Counted from the first letter of the stretch, positions 18,651 to 28,640 are shown. The stretch: 52,106 nt of DNA from Gemmatimonadota bacterium (GCA_039586365.1 JBDHKN010000020.1:1-52106), one strand, 5' to 3'. Notes: generated by a model not told the origin, from the letters alone. Numbers and translations are program-made.

Positions 18651-19736
18651 TCAATCCAGTACAGCGACGGACTTTACCCTGGCGAACACTGCAGTTCCTG
18701 CAGTGAGGCCGAGTCGCGAACATGATTTGCGGGTGATCCTGGCTAACAGCACTGGCTCTTGCCCTTTCTGATGGCCGAGCCGAATGAGGCAATCAGATGG
18801 TGAGAGATCGACGATCTGCAGCACCGTTAGGCACAGCTCGTTGAGTATGCTACTTCCGTGTTGAGCCGCGAGACCTAGACTCACGTCGCGTGCATAAACT
18901 TGGACTCGTACCCGGGTCCCGGGCGCCTCGGGACGCTGGTGTATGGTAAGATCACCTAACGGCGTCCTCACTTCGGTGAGATGGAAGTGGTGGTCGTGAT
19001 CGTGGACAGTACCGTCCAGGACCACGCCTGCCTCCTCGTCCCACCAACGCGCGAAGTCCAACTGCCCGAGGACCTTCGACACGGGACCCGCGGTGTTTAC
19101 TCGCCCGCCTTCAATCCAAACTAGATGATCAGAGAGACGCGCAACCTCGGTAAGGGAATGACTCACATAAACGACCGGGAGCTCGAGCTGCGTAAGAATC
19201 CGCTCCAGGTACTTCAATACGTCGCGCCGCGCCGGTTCATCCAAGGCAGATACAGGCTCGTCCATGAGCAGTAGTCTGGGACACGCCAACAGTGCACGCG
19301 CCACAGCTACCCGTTGGCGCTCCCCTCCTGAGAGATTGGGCACCGACCGCTCGAGAAGCGGCCCGAGCGCAAGCCATTGCACGACAGCTTCCCAGCCAAA
19401 CACACGCTGCCCCTCCGCGACTCGCCGGTGGGCGTATGACAGATTCTCTCTGACGGATAGGTGCGGGAACAGATCCGCGCCCTGCGACACATAGCCGACA
19501 CCACGCCGGAACGGGGGCACGAACACCCCGGCCGCCTCGTCCTGCCACACATCGCCATTCAGCCGAACCAAACCGGATTCCGCCCGGTGAAGGCCCGCAA
19601 GACAACGCAGCACAGTGGTCTTTCCGCTCCCAGAGGCACCGAACAGGCCGGTCACGCCGCTGCTACGAGCGGTGAAGTCGAAGTCGAGCAAGAAGTCGCC
19701 CAGTCGCGCGCGGAAACGAGCTTCGAGTTCGGTCAC
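18651..19736 (-). CDS. modC: Molybdate ABC transporter ATPase
   Basis: GASGSGKTT, LSGGERQRVA, LMDEP, C-terminal TOBE-like ARITRKS..LGL..G..VFARVKSV. Confidence 0.93.
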   Translation of the reverse strand: MTELEARFRARLGDFLLDFDFTARSSGVTGLFGASGSGKTTVLRCLAGLHRAESGLVRLNGDVWQDEAAGVFVPPFRRGVGYVSQGADLFPHLSVRENLSYAHRRVAEGQRVFGWEAVVQWLALGPLLERSVPNLSGGERQRVAVARALLACPRLLLMDEPVSALDEPARRDVLKYLERILTQLELPVVYVSHSLTEVARLSDHLVWIEGGRVNTAGPVSKVLGQLDFARWWDEEAGVVLDGTVHDHDHHFHLTEVRTPLGDLTIHQRPEAPGTRVRVQVYARDVSLGLAAQHGSSILNELCLTVLQIVDLSPSDCLIRLGHQKGQEPVLLARITRKSCSRLGLTAGTAVFARVKSVAVLD

Positions 19737-20407
19737 AGGCGGGGAGTCTCGAACCGCCGGTTTAGCGCGTAAACCGTCAAAAGGATAGAAAAGCTGAACA
19801 GCAGCATGACGGCCGCAAGGATATGGGCCTTGCCATACTCCAGTGCTTCAACGTGGTTGTACAGCGCTATGGAGAGCACTTCGGTCCGTCCCGGGATATT
19901 GCCTCCGATCATCAGCACCACTCCGAATTCACCCACCGTGTGCGCGAACCCCAGCGTAGCCGCGGTGAGGAACCCGGGTCTGGCGAGCGGCAACACCACG
20001 GTAACGAATCGATCGAGGGGGCCCGCTCGCAGTGTAGCCGCTGCATCGAGGAGGCGATCGGGCACCGCCCTGAAGGCATTGTGAAGAGGCTGAACAACAA
20101 ACGGTAGAGAGTAGAGTACCGAACCCACCACGAGGCCAGTGAAGGAAAACACGAGCCGTGGGCCACCGAGCGACTCCCAGAACCGCCCCACTGTCCCGGC
20201 CGGCCCTAGCAGGATCAGGAGATAGAAGCCAAGCACCGTCGGAGGCAGCACAAGTGGCATTGCTACGACCGCTTCCGCAAACGGACGGAATTTCGACTTC
20301 GTGCGCGCAAGCCACCAAGCCACCGGAGTCCCGCCAGCTATAAGCACGATGGTAGCAACGCCCGCGAGCTGGGCCGTCAGGATCAATACTTGCCAGTCTA
20401 GTGACAT
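19733..20407 (-). CDS. modB: Molybdate ABC transporter permease
   Basis: PLVLPPTVLGFYLL, SLPFVVQP, FAHTVGEFGVVLMIGGNIPG. Confidence 0.95.
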   Translation of the reverse strand: MSLDWQVLILTAQLAGVATIVLIAGGTPVAWWLARTKSKFRPFAEAVVAMPLVLPPTVLGFYLLILLGPAGTVGRFWESLGGPRLVFSFTGLVVGSVLYSLPFVVQPLHNAFRAVPDRLLDAAATLRAGPLDRFVTVVLPLARPGFLTAATLGFAHTVGEFGVVLMIGGNIPGRTEVLSIALYNHVEALEYGKAHILAAVMLLFSFSILLTVYALNRRFETPRL

Positions 20408-20414
20408 GGGACGA

Positions 20415-21209
20415 CTATGGCAGCCTATACCCTGTTGTAGCTATTACCTGCCTCCCCTCATCGCTCTGAAGAAACCTGAGAAATGCTTCAGCACCGACAT
20501 TACCCTCACCGTGCCGCAGCAGTACAGCATCCTGACGGATCGAGGTGTAGAGGCTATCCGGCACGATCCAATAACTGTGCCGGTCCCGATCAAGGACTTG
20601 CGAAAGAGCAACGAATCCAACTTCTGCGGCTCCGGACTCGACGAATTGAAAGGCCTGTCCCACGTTCTCTCCCCGAACGATCAGCGGCTCGAGGCGGTTC
20701 CATAGGCTCCATCGCTCGATTACCTCTCGTGCTGCGGAGCCGTAGGGTGCTGTACGTGGGTTGGCAATTGCGAGGTGTCGGTACGGGCGCGTTCGCAATT
20801 CGCTGTCACCCGCACGCACCGAATCCCACTGCGGTGCATACAACGCAAGTCGTCCCAGGGCATATGTGAATCGCGTCCCGCGAACGGCAAGACCCTCAGC
20901 CTCGAGTCGCCGCGGTCTATCGACATCGGCAGCCAAGAACACGTCGTAAGGTGCACCATTAGCTACTTGTGCGTACAAGTAGCCAGTGGCACCTACACTA
21001 GTCTCAACTACGATGCCCGTTTCCAGCTCGAACTCTCGAACCAGTCCCTGATGGGTTGCGGCGAAGTTGGCCGCCACAGCAACCCTGACCAGCGATCGTC
21101 CCCCCTCCCCGCCATCGCCCCTGTTGCAGCTCCACCCGACGACCCCCATCACGAGCACTACCGCCAACCGCTGACCAAGCAGCATCCACACCTCGGCGAT
21201 ATGACCCAT
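20415..21209 (-). CDS. modA: Molybdate ABC transporter substrate-binding protein
   Basis: VAVAANF, GATG.LYAQ..NGAPYDVFLAAD, IANP.TAPYG, GENVGQA; start 21209 or 21185. Confidence 0.92.
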   Translation of the reverse strand: MGHIAEVWMLLGQRLAVVLVMGVVGWSCNRGDGGEGGRSLVRVAVAANFAATHQGLVREFELETGIVVETSVGATGYLYAQVANGAPYDVFLAADVDRPRRLEAEGLAVRGTRFTYALGRLALYAPQWDSVRAGDSELRTRPYRHLAIANPRTAPYGSAAREVIERWSLWNRLEPLIVRGENVGQAFQFVESGAAEVGFVALSQVLDRDRHSYWIVPDSLYTSIRQDAVLLRHGEGNVGAEAFLRFLQSDEGRQVIATTGYRLP

Positions 21210-21403
21210 TCGTGCATCCCCACATGAGTCGGTGGAGGGGAAACATAACTGCCTGGCCGGAAGCCTGTAGCGGAAGCGGTAACGGAAACCAGTTCCACGA
21301 AGCCGGTGGACGGCCCCCGTAGTCTGAGCAATAATTGAAGGGTTGACTGACTCGACAACGGCCACTGCAGCAGGTAGGTCCGCTAGACTGGGAGACAATC
21401 GTC

Positions 21404-22795
21404 ATGGGCACAAGATCATGGCTTATCCGCGGGGGGACTGTGGTGGTCGGGCAAACAGTGGGCCAACGGGATGTTCTCATCCAGGGACAGCGTATAGCGG
21501 CGGTCGGCCACCTGGATGACTTGAAAGCCGACAGCGTGGTAGACGCTGACGGGCTCTTGGTCCTACCCGGTGCCGTGGATACTCACATTCACCTGAACGA
21601 TATCTTCATGAACACGGTCAGTGTGCACGACTACTACACCGGCACCCTTGCTGCCGCCTATGGTGGCGTCACGAGCATAGTCGACTTCTCCAATCAGGTT
21701 CCAGGCGGGTCTCTGATGAAGACCTTGGAAGACAAACAGGAGGAGTCCGCTGGAAAGGCGCTGATCGATTGGGGCGTGCATCCCGTGATCACGCGACCAG
21801 ACACCGAGACTCTAGATCAGATTCCGGCGGTAGTGCAAGCGGGCGCCCCCACGATCAAGTGCTACATGACGTATCGGCAGGACGGGTTGCTCGTCGACGA
21901 CGCAGACTTGAAGCGGATCGCTGTGCGGCTGACTGAGGCAGGGGGCATGCTCATGCTCCATGCCGAGGACAACGAGATGATCGAGGCTAGCATCCCCCGC
22001 TTCCTGGCCGACGGGAAGACCTCTTCCATTTACCATGCCAGGAGCAAGCCGCCGGAAGTCGAGGTCGCCGCGATTCGCCGTATCGTGGATATGGCGCGCG
22101 AGACCGGCGCGAGGTTTTTCATTGTTCACCTGGCGAGTGACGAAGGGCTCGATCTCGTGACGCAGGCGCGGGAAGCAGGACTGGACATCACTGCTGAGAC
22201 TTGCACTCACTACCTCAGTTTCACTGACGAGATGTTGGAGCGAGACGATGGGATCAAGTGGATCTGCTCACCACCTCTCAGGAACAGAACCATCCAGGAG
22301 AGGCTCTGGAATGGTGTCAGTGACGGTCGGATTGCAATGGTCACGTCAGACGACGCTGCCTACTCGTGGGAGGCAAAGATGTACGGCGCTGACCGGTTCG
22401 ACAGATGCCCCAACGGGATTCCTGGAGTTGAACCTCGCCTCAGCATCCTGTACTCGGAGGGAGTAGCAAAGGGTAGGATAACACTCCCGCGGTTCGTGGA
22501 GATCGTGTCAACCACGCCCGCAACACTGTTTGGAATGGCGCCGCGAAAGGGAAGCATAGCCCCTGGTGCCGATGCAGACATCGTACTCTTGGATCCAAAC
22601 GAGCGGTGGACAATGAGCCACGCAACCCTCCATATGGCTGCCGACTGGTGTGCTTGGGACGGGATCGAAATCACAGGCAGGGTAGTCAGAGTCTACTCGA
22701 GGGGTGAACTCGTTATCGACGGTGGGGAGTGCCTGGCGGAACCGGGGAGGGGACGTTACATCCACTGCCGACTACCACCTCGCAACTCGAACTGA
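21404..22795 (+). CDS. Dihydropyrimidinase/D-hydantoinase family amidohydrolase
   Basis: PGAVDTHIH, GGVTSIVDF, IKCYMTY, LHAED, VHLAS, ETCTHYL, CSPPLR, PNGIPGVE, KGSIAPGADADIV. Confidence 0.9.
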   Translation: MGTRSWLIRGGTVVVGQTVGQRDVLIQGQRIAAVGHLDDLKADSVVDADGLLVLPGAVDTHIHLNDIFMNTVSVHDYYTGTLAAAYGGVTSIVDFSNQVPGGSLMKTLEDKQEESAGKALIDWGVHPVITRPDTETLDQIPAVVQAGAPTIKCYMTYRQDGLLVDDADLKRIAVRLTEAGGMLMLHAEDNEMIEASIPRFLADGKTSSIYHARSKPPEVEVAAIRRIVDMARETGARFFIVHLASDEGLDLVTQAREAGLDITAETCTHYLSFTDEMLERDDGIKWICSPPLRNRTIQERLWNGVSDGRIAMVTSDDAAYSWEAKMYGADRFDRCPNGIPGVEPRLSILYSEGVAKGRITLPRFVEIVSTTPATLFGMAPRKGSIAPGADADIVLLDPNERWTMSHATLHMAADWCAWDGIEITGRVVRVYSRGELVIDGGECLAEPGRGRYIHCRLPPRNSN

Positions 22796-22828
22796 TCGTG
22801 CAAGGCAGCTTGCTTGGCTAGCAAATCC

Positions 22829-24205
22829 ATGGCGGATACGGACGGCAACCATATCTACTCAGGTGCCTCACCAGAACAGGTACAGGCTGACCTTGAGCCT
22901 CTCGTCGATTTCCAGAACGAAGGGCTCTCTCTGGAAGAACTGCGCAACTTGATCGAGAACCGCCTGGCTCCTCACTTGATGCGCTACGACTTGCCGACGT
23001 TTCAGTCGATGTTCAATGCGTTTCCTGAGGAGGGTGCCAAGTTCGGAGCAAGAGTGGCACTCACGTGGAATCAGGGAGTGACCAATTGGCAGGTCTCTCC
23101 GGGCGGAGCGGTTCTAGAAGAACTATCCATCAGAGCACTGTGTTCGCTTTTCGGACTGTCTCCTGGGTCGGACGGCACTGCCATGTACTGCGGCAGCTAT
23201 GCGAATCAGCAAGCTCTCTACATGGCGTTGCACAAGATCGCGGAGGATCACGGTTTCAACCTGGCCGAAACCGGAGTCAGGGGGTTCGAAGACCCTGCAA
23301 GGCTGGCTGTATTGACCTCCAAGGATGCTCATTTCTCCCTGCGGCACGCTGTGAGGTTGCTCGGTCTCGGTGAGAGGTCTCTCATAACGGTCGAGGTAGA
23401 CACGAACCGCAGAATGGACATTGAGAACCTGCAAGAGACACTTGCTCAGTTGGAGGGCTCGCGAGATGTGTTCTGCGTCGTCGCTACAGCCGGGACGACT
23501 CCAACTGGTTCGGTCGACCCGATACTGCCAGTGGCGGATATCTGTGAACAACTCGGTAGCTGGCTGCACGTGGACGGTGCGTATGGATTGGCCTACCAGC
23601 TCGTTCCCGAGTGGCGACATCTCTTTGCAGGGGTCGAACGCGCAGACTCACTATCGTGGGACCCACACAAACAATTCGGTGTTCCCATACCGAGTTCGGT
23701 CTTGTTCGTGAGACAGCAGGAAGACTTCGGTCGCATGGCACTATTCAGCAGCTACTTCAACCGGCCGGATTCGGCCCACCCGAATCCCGGTGTCAAATCC
23801 GTGCCGTCCACCCGACCACTATCGGTCCTCCCGCTGGTGACATCGATTCGCCATCAGGGATTGAAGGGAGTGGTAGCTCGACTGAGGGCTCCGCTGGTGA
23901 GCATCAGAGAACTCGCGGACTATTTGGTCCAACAGCAGGATCTGGAACTGTGCCACCAGCCAGATACGGGCATTCTCTGCTTCCGGATAGTCCCAGCAGA
24001 ACTGAGCGAAGAGAAACTGAACCAGCTACAGCAGAACATATACAACAGGATCATACGGCAAGGTGAGCGTACCATCTCCTTGACCCAGTTGGATGGCCGG
24101 ACTGTGTTGCGTCTAGTGGCCGTGTCGCCGGCGGTTACGGCCACAGCGATGATGGACACCATTGACGCGGTGAGGCGCGTCGCTGAAGCTGAGCGACCGA
24201 CGTGA
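22829..24205 (+). CDS. Group II PLP-dependent decarboxylase (Ddc/GadA-like)
   Basis: AHFSL, ATAGTT..GSVDP, HVDGAYG, SWDPHK (PLP lysine); start 22814 or 22829. Confidence 0.88.
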   Translation: MADTDGNHIYSGASPEQVQADLEPLVDFQNEGLSLEELRNLIENRLAPHLMRYDLPTFQSMFNAFPEEGAKFGARVALTWNQGVTNWQVSPGGAVLEELSIRALCSLFGLSPGSDGTAMYCGSYANQQALYMALHKIAEDHGFNLAETGVRGFEDPARLAVLTSKDAHFSLRHAVRLLGLGERSLITVEVDTNRRMDIENLQETLAQLEGSRDVFCVVATAGTTPTGSVDPILPVADICEQLGSWLHVDGAYGLAYQLVPEWRHLFAGVERADSLSWDPHKQFGVPIPSSVLFVRQQEDFGRMALFSSYFNRPDSAHPNPGVKSVPSTRPLSVLPLVTSIRHQGLKGVVARLRAPLVSIRELADYLVQQQDLELCHQPDTGILCFRIVPAELSEEKLNQLQQNIYNRIIRQGERTISLTQLDGRTVLRLVAVSPAVTATAMMDTIDAVRRVAEAERPT

Positions 24206-25653
24206 TGGAAGGCGTCCTTGATTTAGCGGCAAAGATAGACGCACTCCTCTGGGGGCCGTGGACGATACTCTTCATCGCATTCGTCTCGGTCTACCTCACG
24301 ATCCGCACGCGTTTGTTCCAGGTCAGGAGACTGGGACTGATCGTCACGAGCACGTTCGGCAGCATGTTCGAGAGACTGGACAATGGCCGGGCAGCCACTC
24401 ACGACGAGGTAAGGCGGAAGCAGGGGAGGATGACGCCCTTCCAGGCTACGACCACGGCTCTCGCGAGCACGGTCGGCATGGGCAGCATCGCAGGGGTAGC
24501 GACTGCACTCTCTACGGGAGGACCGGGCGCGATCTTCTGGATGTGGTTACTCGCCCTGCTCGGGACTATCACCAAGACAGCCGAGATCAGCCTGGCAGTT
24601 CACTACAGGGACATCGACGATCAGGGACGGGTGCGGGGCGGACCGATGTACTATATCAACCGCGGACTCGGCTGGCCGTTGCTGGCATTGCTGTTCAGTC
24701 TCGGCATATTCGTAAACGCTCTCTTTGCCGCCTCCCTACTCCAAGCACACACAGTGGGCAGGTCTTTCCTGAGGTCGTACCAGCTGAACCCCTACCTCGT
24801 GACCGCGGCAATGACGGTTGTCACGGCAATCGTCGTGATTGGCGGGGTGAGACGGATCGGCCGGTTCAGCGAGAGACTGGTACCTATCATGTCGGTAGTG
24901 TATGTCCTGGGAGGCCTGGTCCTGTTCTTCGCCAACTTCAGAGCCATACCCGAAGTATTCGCAATAATCTTCAAGTACGCGTTTGCACCGATGCCGGCAG
25001 TGGGTGGATTCGCCGGTGTGGCGGTATCCCAGGCGATACAGACGGGGATGGCCCGAGGAATGTTCAGTAACGAAGCGGGGCTCGGCACAGCCCCAATGGC
25101 GCACGCCACCGCCGATACTAAGCACCCCTTCCAACAAGGAATGTGGGGAGCATTTGAAGTGTTCATAGTCACGTTCGTCATATGTACCATCACGTCATTC
25201 GCGGTGCTCTCGACGGGTGCGCTCGCAAGTGGCGAGTCAGGAATCGAGCTTGTCATGATCGCGTTCTCATCAGTGTATCCAGAAGTCGTCTCGGGTAACC
25301 TAATTTCCTTCGCTATCCTGACATTCTGTCTAACCACTCAGATCGGATTCTTCATTTACTTCGAAACAGCGTCCGTTAATGTGTTCGGCAGGAAGGCCAT
25401 GAAGTACTTGAAGTGGCTTTACTTCATTCCTCCAGTGGTATTCGCAGGGGTTGCAGACGTGGACAAGCTCTGGGTGTTCGCGAATATCGCGGTTGGTGTC
25501 TGCGCCATCCCTAACCTGATCGCTGTACTGGCATTGAGTGGAGCCTTCCTTGCTCTGATGCGGGATTACGTTGACGGTAGGAACCAATACGCGACAACAG
25601 CTATTGACGCCTCCAAGGAATATGCGAAACAACCCCCCACCGCGAATTCGTGA
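24202..25653 (+). CDS. Alanine/glycine:cation symporter (AGCS/AlsT family)
   Basis: TPFQA..TALASTVG.G.IAGVA, GGPGAIFWMW, GGPMYY, RGMFSNEAGLG, PNLIA. Confidence 0.92.
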   Translation: MMEGVLDLAAKIDALLWGPWTILFIAFVSVYLTIRTRLFQVRRLGLIVTSTFGSMFERLDNGRAATHDEVRRKQGRMTPFQATTTALASTVGMGSIAGVATALSTGGPGAIFWMWLLALLGTITKTAEISLAVHYRDIDDQGRVRGGPMYYINRGLGWPLLALLFSLGIFVNALFAASLLQAHTVGRSFLRSYQLNPYLVTAAMTVVTAIVVIGGVRRIGRFSERLVPIMSVVYVLGGLVLFFANFRAIPEVFAIIFKYAFAPMPAVGGFAGVAVSQAIQTGMARGMFSNEAGLGTAPMAHATADTKHPFQQGMWGAFEVFIVTFVICTITSFAVLSTGALASGESGIELVMIAFSSVYPEVVSGNLISFAILTFCLTTQIGFFIYFETASVNVFGRKAMKYLKWLYFIPPVVFAGVADVDKLWVFANIAVGVCAIPNLIAVLALSGAFLALMRDYVDGRNQYATTAIDASKEYAKQPPTANS

Positions 25654-25935
25654 GCTAGTCAGTCCGAGCGGAAAGGACCTGTTGCGCCGTGGGAGGAATC
25701 GAGGCCAAACTCAACATCGACAAGACCTCGTTCACTGGGAATGATCAACTGTTTCGCGGAGATGGTGGCTTGTGGAGTGAAACAGCTGGCAATAAGTCCG
25801 CCACTGACACCTGAGGCTTACGATCTAGTCAAGCATTCGTCGGAAGAGGTCTTTCGGGATTATGCACCCGAGATCAGATCTTCCCACGAGAGATCCTCTG
25901 ATCCTTTCTTACTGAGGTAGGCAGGTACAATCGCA

Positions 25936-26625
25936 ATGCGGATTCTCATCATCAATCCCAACAGCGACCCGGATATGACCGTGGCCATACGGAGGTCAGC
26001 CGAGGATTTCTCACGTGGTGAATTCGACGTGGTCGTCACTGCGACCCCAGGATCACCGCGATTCATAGAGACTCATCAGGACCAGATCAGAACTGCACCC
26101 GGTATGATGCAGCTAGTACGGGAGTACGAGGACAATGTCGATGCGATCGTGATAGCGTGCCACTCGGATCCTAACCTCGACGCTGTCAAGGAGGCGACGA
26201 CCCGACCGGTAGTGGGTATCGGCGAGGCCTCGATGAAGATCGCCTCGATGCTGGGACACAGTTTCTCTGTCATCACGACTCACCAGCATTCGATTCCTGG
26301 CAAGATCGCCCAGGCCCGCCGCTACCACTTGCAGGAGCTAATGGCCTCCGTACGTGCACCGGATAAGGGAGAGGAAGGGATCGGAAATGAAGCCCTGTTT
26401 CGAGCTCTCTCAAAAGCTGCACTGGTCGAAGATCGCGCCGAGGTGATCGTGCTGGGTTGCGCCGGACTTGCAGGCATGGACAAAGCGCTTCAGCAGTCGC
26501 TCGGAGTGCCGGTCCTCGACGGGGTTGCATGCGCTTTGATTGTTGCGACCGGCCTGGTCAGGTATGGCGCCTCCACAAGCAAGGCACTCGGTTACAACCC
26601 GGACTTCGAAACTGATCAGGCTTGA
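25936..26625 (+). CDS. Hydantoin racemase (Asp/Glu/hydantoin racemase family)
   Basis: MRILIINPNS, catalytic Cys pair in IACHSDP and VLGCAGL, PVVGIGEAS, PVLDGV. Confidence 0.9.
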   Translation: MRILIINPNSDPDMTVAIRRSAEDFSRGEFDVVVTATPGSPRFIETHQDQIRTAPGMMQLVREYEDNVDAIVIACHSDPNLDAVKEATTRPVVGIGEASMKIASMLGHSFSVITTHQHSIPGKIAQARRYHLQELMASVRAPDKGEEGIGNEALFRALSKAALVEDRAEVIVLGCAGLAGMDKALQQSLGVPVLDGVACALIVATGLVRYGASTSKALGYNPDFETDQA

Positions 26626-26935
26626 AAGACGCTATCAGCACAGCAGCCGAATCCCGACGCGAGTCGCGTCAGTGCTCATCACGAGCCCCTCGGTGGCTGG
26701 CCAGGAAGGTCCTGTAGTGGAGCGGATGCGCACGGAGATGATCGAACTGAGTTGCGATGAGGTTCCCCACCGATGGCATGGGCAACCTAATCTGACGCCT
26801 TGGCCACGGTCCACGGCTGCTGGCCATCGACGGCCATTGCGGCACCGTGGGCGTGGGAAATCCGGGCTCATGGGAAGTCGACCCATTCGGGGCGATGTGG
26901 GTGCCGACGCCTCAATCAAGGTCGTTGCAGCCGGA
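26622..26935 (+). pseudogene. Decayed 5' fragment of a YgeY-like M20 metallo-amidohydrolase
   Basis: PSVAGQEGPVVERMRTEM..CDEV, frameshift, then DGMGNLI*RLGHGPRLLAIDGHCGTVGVGNPGSWEVDPFG; TGA at 26793-26795; truncated. Confidence 0.75.
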
Positions 26936-26939
26936 GAAA

Positions 26940-28103
26940 TCAAGCACTCCGATAAAGCTTGGTCAGCACAAACTCCCGATGCCCCAATACCTCGTTCGCT
27001 GTCAACCGCCCATTCACCACCCGTCTGAGCAATTCTAGTAGCCGATCGCCGGCTTCATCGAATGTCAGCTCTCCACGCAACAGCGCCGAGCAATCGAAAT
27101 CGATGTGCTCGCTCATGGTCTCACAGGTAAGGGGATTAGCTGAGAGCTTGATGACCGGGACTATCGGATTGCCGACAATGTTGCCTTGACCGGTGGGGAA
27201 GAAGTGGACGACGAAACCACCGGCAGCCCACAGCGTCACTGCCTCCGCAGCAGCCGACGACGTATCCATGAACCAGAGTCCAGAATCCGTGGGAGCCTCA
27301 GCCGGCTTGAGAACTCCAACGTACCTACACTTCTTCCCGATCTTCTGGAGATTACCGAAAGCCTTCTCCTCGATGGTGGTCAAGCCACCACGGATGTTGC
27401 CTTTTGTTGGTTGAGAACCGGAGAGGTCGTCGGTCTTGTTGGTGTTGATGAAGTTGTTGTATTCGTTCCAAACATCTAGGAACTGCCTGCCCACTTCCCG
27501 TGTGGCAGCTCGCGCTGCACAGACATCTTCAGCGCCCGTTATTTCCGAAGTCTCTCCAAAGGATAGAGTGGCGCCCACCGCATCTAGCTTGTCGAACGCG
27601 TTGCCTACAGTCGGGTTGGATGCGAGACCTGAGGTCGTGTCCGACTCGCCGCACTTGGTGGAGACCCATATTTCGCTGAGTTCGCACTCTTCCCGCCTGA
27701 GCTCGGAGGCCCAGTGCACGTACTCCTTGGCCTGCCAAGAAGCCTTGGCAATCGTGCCAATGTCACCAATCCGCTCGATTGAAAACCCGGTCACGGGTTT
27801 GCCGGTTGCAGCGATCCCCTCGACGATACGGTTGGTCCATTGAGGCTCGATACCGATCACCACGGCCGCTGCCACATTGGGGTTTGCCCCGGTGCCGATC
27901 ATCGTCCTGAAGAAGAGTTCCAGGTCTTCACCGAACTGAAGTCGTCCGTAGGAATGCGGGATGGCGATGGTACCCTTGATGTTGTTCCCGACTGCCTCAC
28001 AGGCGGCGTTAGACAGGTCATCCAAAGGAATGATCGCCACATGGTTGCGAACGCCCACTCGACCGTTCTCACGTCGATACCCCTCGACACTTGGAGGGCT
28101 CAT
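26940..28103 (-). CDS. suyB: UxaA-family lyase, (2R)-sulfolactate sulfo-lyase beta subunit-like
   Basis: [68 protein letters not shown], as recalled for SuyB; AGGAGG before ATG 28103. Confidence 0.85.
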   Translation of the reverse strand: MSPPSVEGYRRENGRVGVRNHVAIIPLDDLSNAACEAVGNNIKGTIAIPHSYGRLQFGEDLELFFRTMIGTGANPNVAAAVVIGIEPQWTNRIVEGIAATGKPVTGFSIERIGDIGTIAKASWQAKEYVHWASELRREECELSEIWVSTKCGESDTTSGLASNPTVGNAFDKLDAVGATLSFGETSEITGAEDVCAARAATREVGRQFLDVWNEYNNFINTNKTDDLSGSQPTKGNIRGGLTTIEEKAFGNLQKIGKKCRYVGVLKPAEAPTDSGLWFMDTSSAAAEAVTLWAAGGFVVHFFPTGQGNIVGNPIVPVIKLSANPLTCETMSEHIDFDCSALLRGELTFDEAGDRLLELLRRVVNGRLTANEVLGHREFVLTKLYRSA

Positions 28104-28105
28104 GG

Positions 28106-28402
28106 TTACCACCTCCTCGTTTTGAGGTTGTGCACGTGGACGTGCTGACCTCGCTTGATGTCAGCAATTACCATCCCGATGTCATGTTCGTATTTGATCA
28201 CCGAACTGCCTATTGGGTGTTGCCTGAGCGCGATCTTGTGCCCTAGCGGTATGTCCTCCACAGCTTTGATCTCAATGGCTTCTTTTGTATCCATGTATAG
28301 GCCTCTCACCGATTCCCCGGCCTTAAGGTCCGCAGTCGCAACACCGACGGTGTCTGCAGCGTCGTGCACGAGGAATTGGATCTTGGGATTCTTGTCCGTC
28401 AC
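28106..28402 (-). CDS. suyA: SAF-domain protein, sulfolactate sulfo-lyase alpha subunit-like
   Basis: [48 protein letters not shown] before GTG 28402; directly upstream of suyB. Confidence 0.82.
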   Translation of the reverse strand: MTDKNPKIQFLVHDAADTVGVATADLKAGESVRGLYMDTKEAIEIKAVEDIPLGHKIALRQHPIGSSVIKYEHDIGMVIADIKRGQHVHVHNLKTRRW

Positions 28403-28640
28403 CACTGCCTCCTTCCGTATGAGAAACGGCAAGTCCAATCTAGTCACTGTGCCCTGCGTGTGGCCATCAGCTAGCAGCCGACTGTTTGCGGCCCCGCTTG
28501 CGTCCGCTCTGCGAGGGACCGAGATTCCGTCGGCAGATCGAATTGCCCTGAGATCGTTCAACATCCAGGAGTTCCCGAACGTATAGAATCACATAGAGAT
28601 GCAACGAGATCGGTTGAACATGCGTCCAAGAGGAGCACCA

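Noticed and set aside
21210..21403. Moco riboswitch or ModE box upstream of modA; three CGGAA(G/A)C repeats at 21258-21289
   Set aside because: No recognisable Moco-motif or ModE consensus; the repeats are short and unevenly spaced. A covariance-model search would be needed.
17223..24205. Ectoine or siderophore biosynthesis cluster
   Set aside because: No ectA, ectC or IucA/IucC-type synthetase in the window.
26793..26795. In-frame TGA in the YgeY-like fragment as possible selenocysteine
   Set aside because: It sits at a position expected to be Gly (GGA to TGA), and the fragment also has frameshifts and truncation; decay is simpler.
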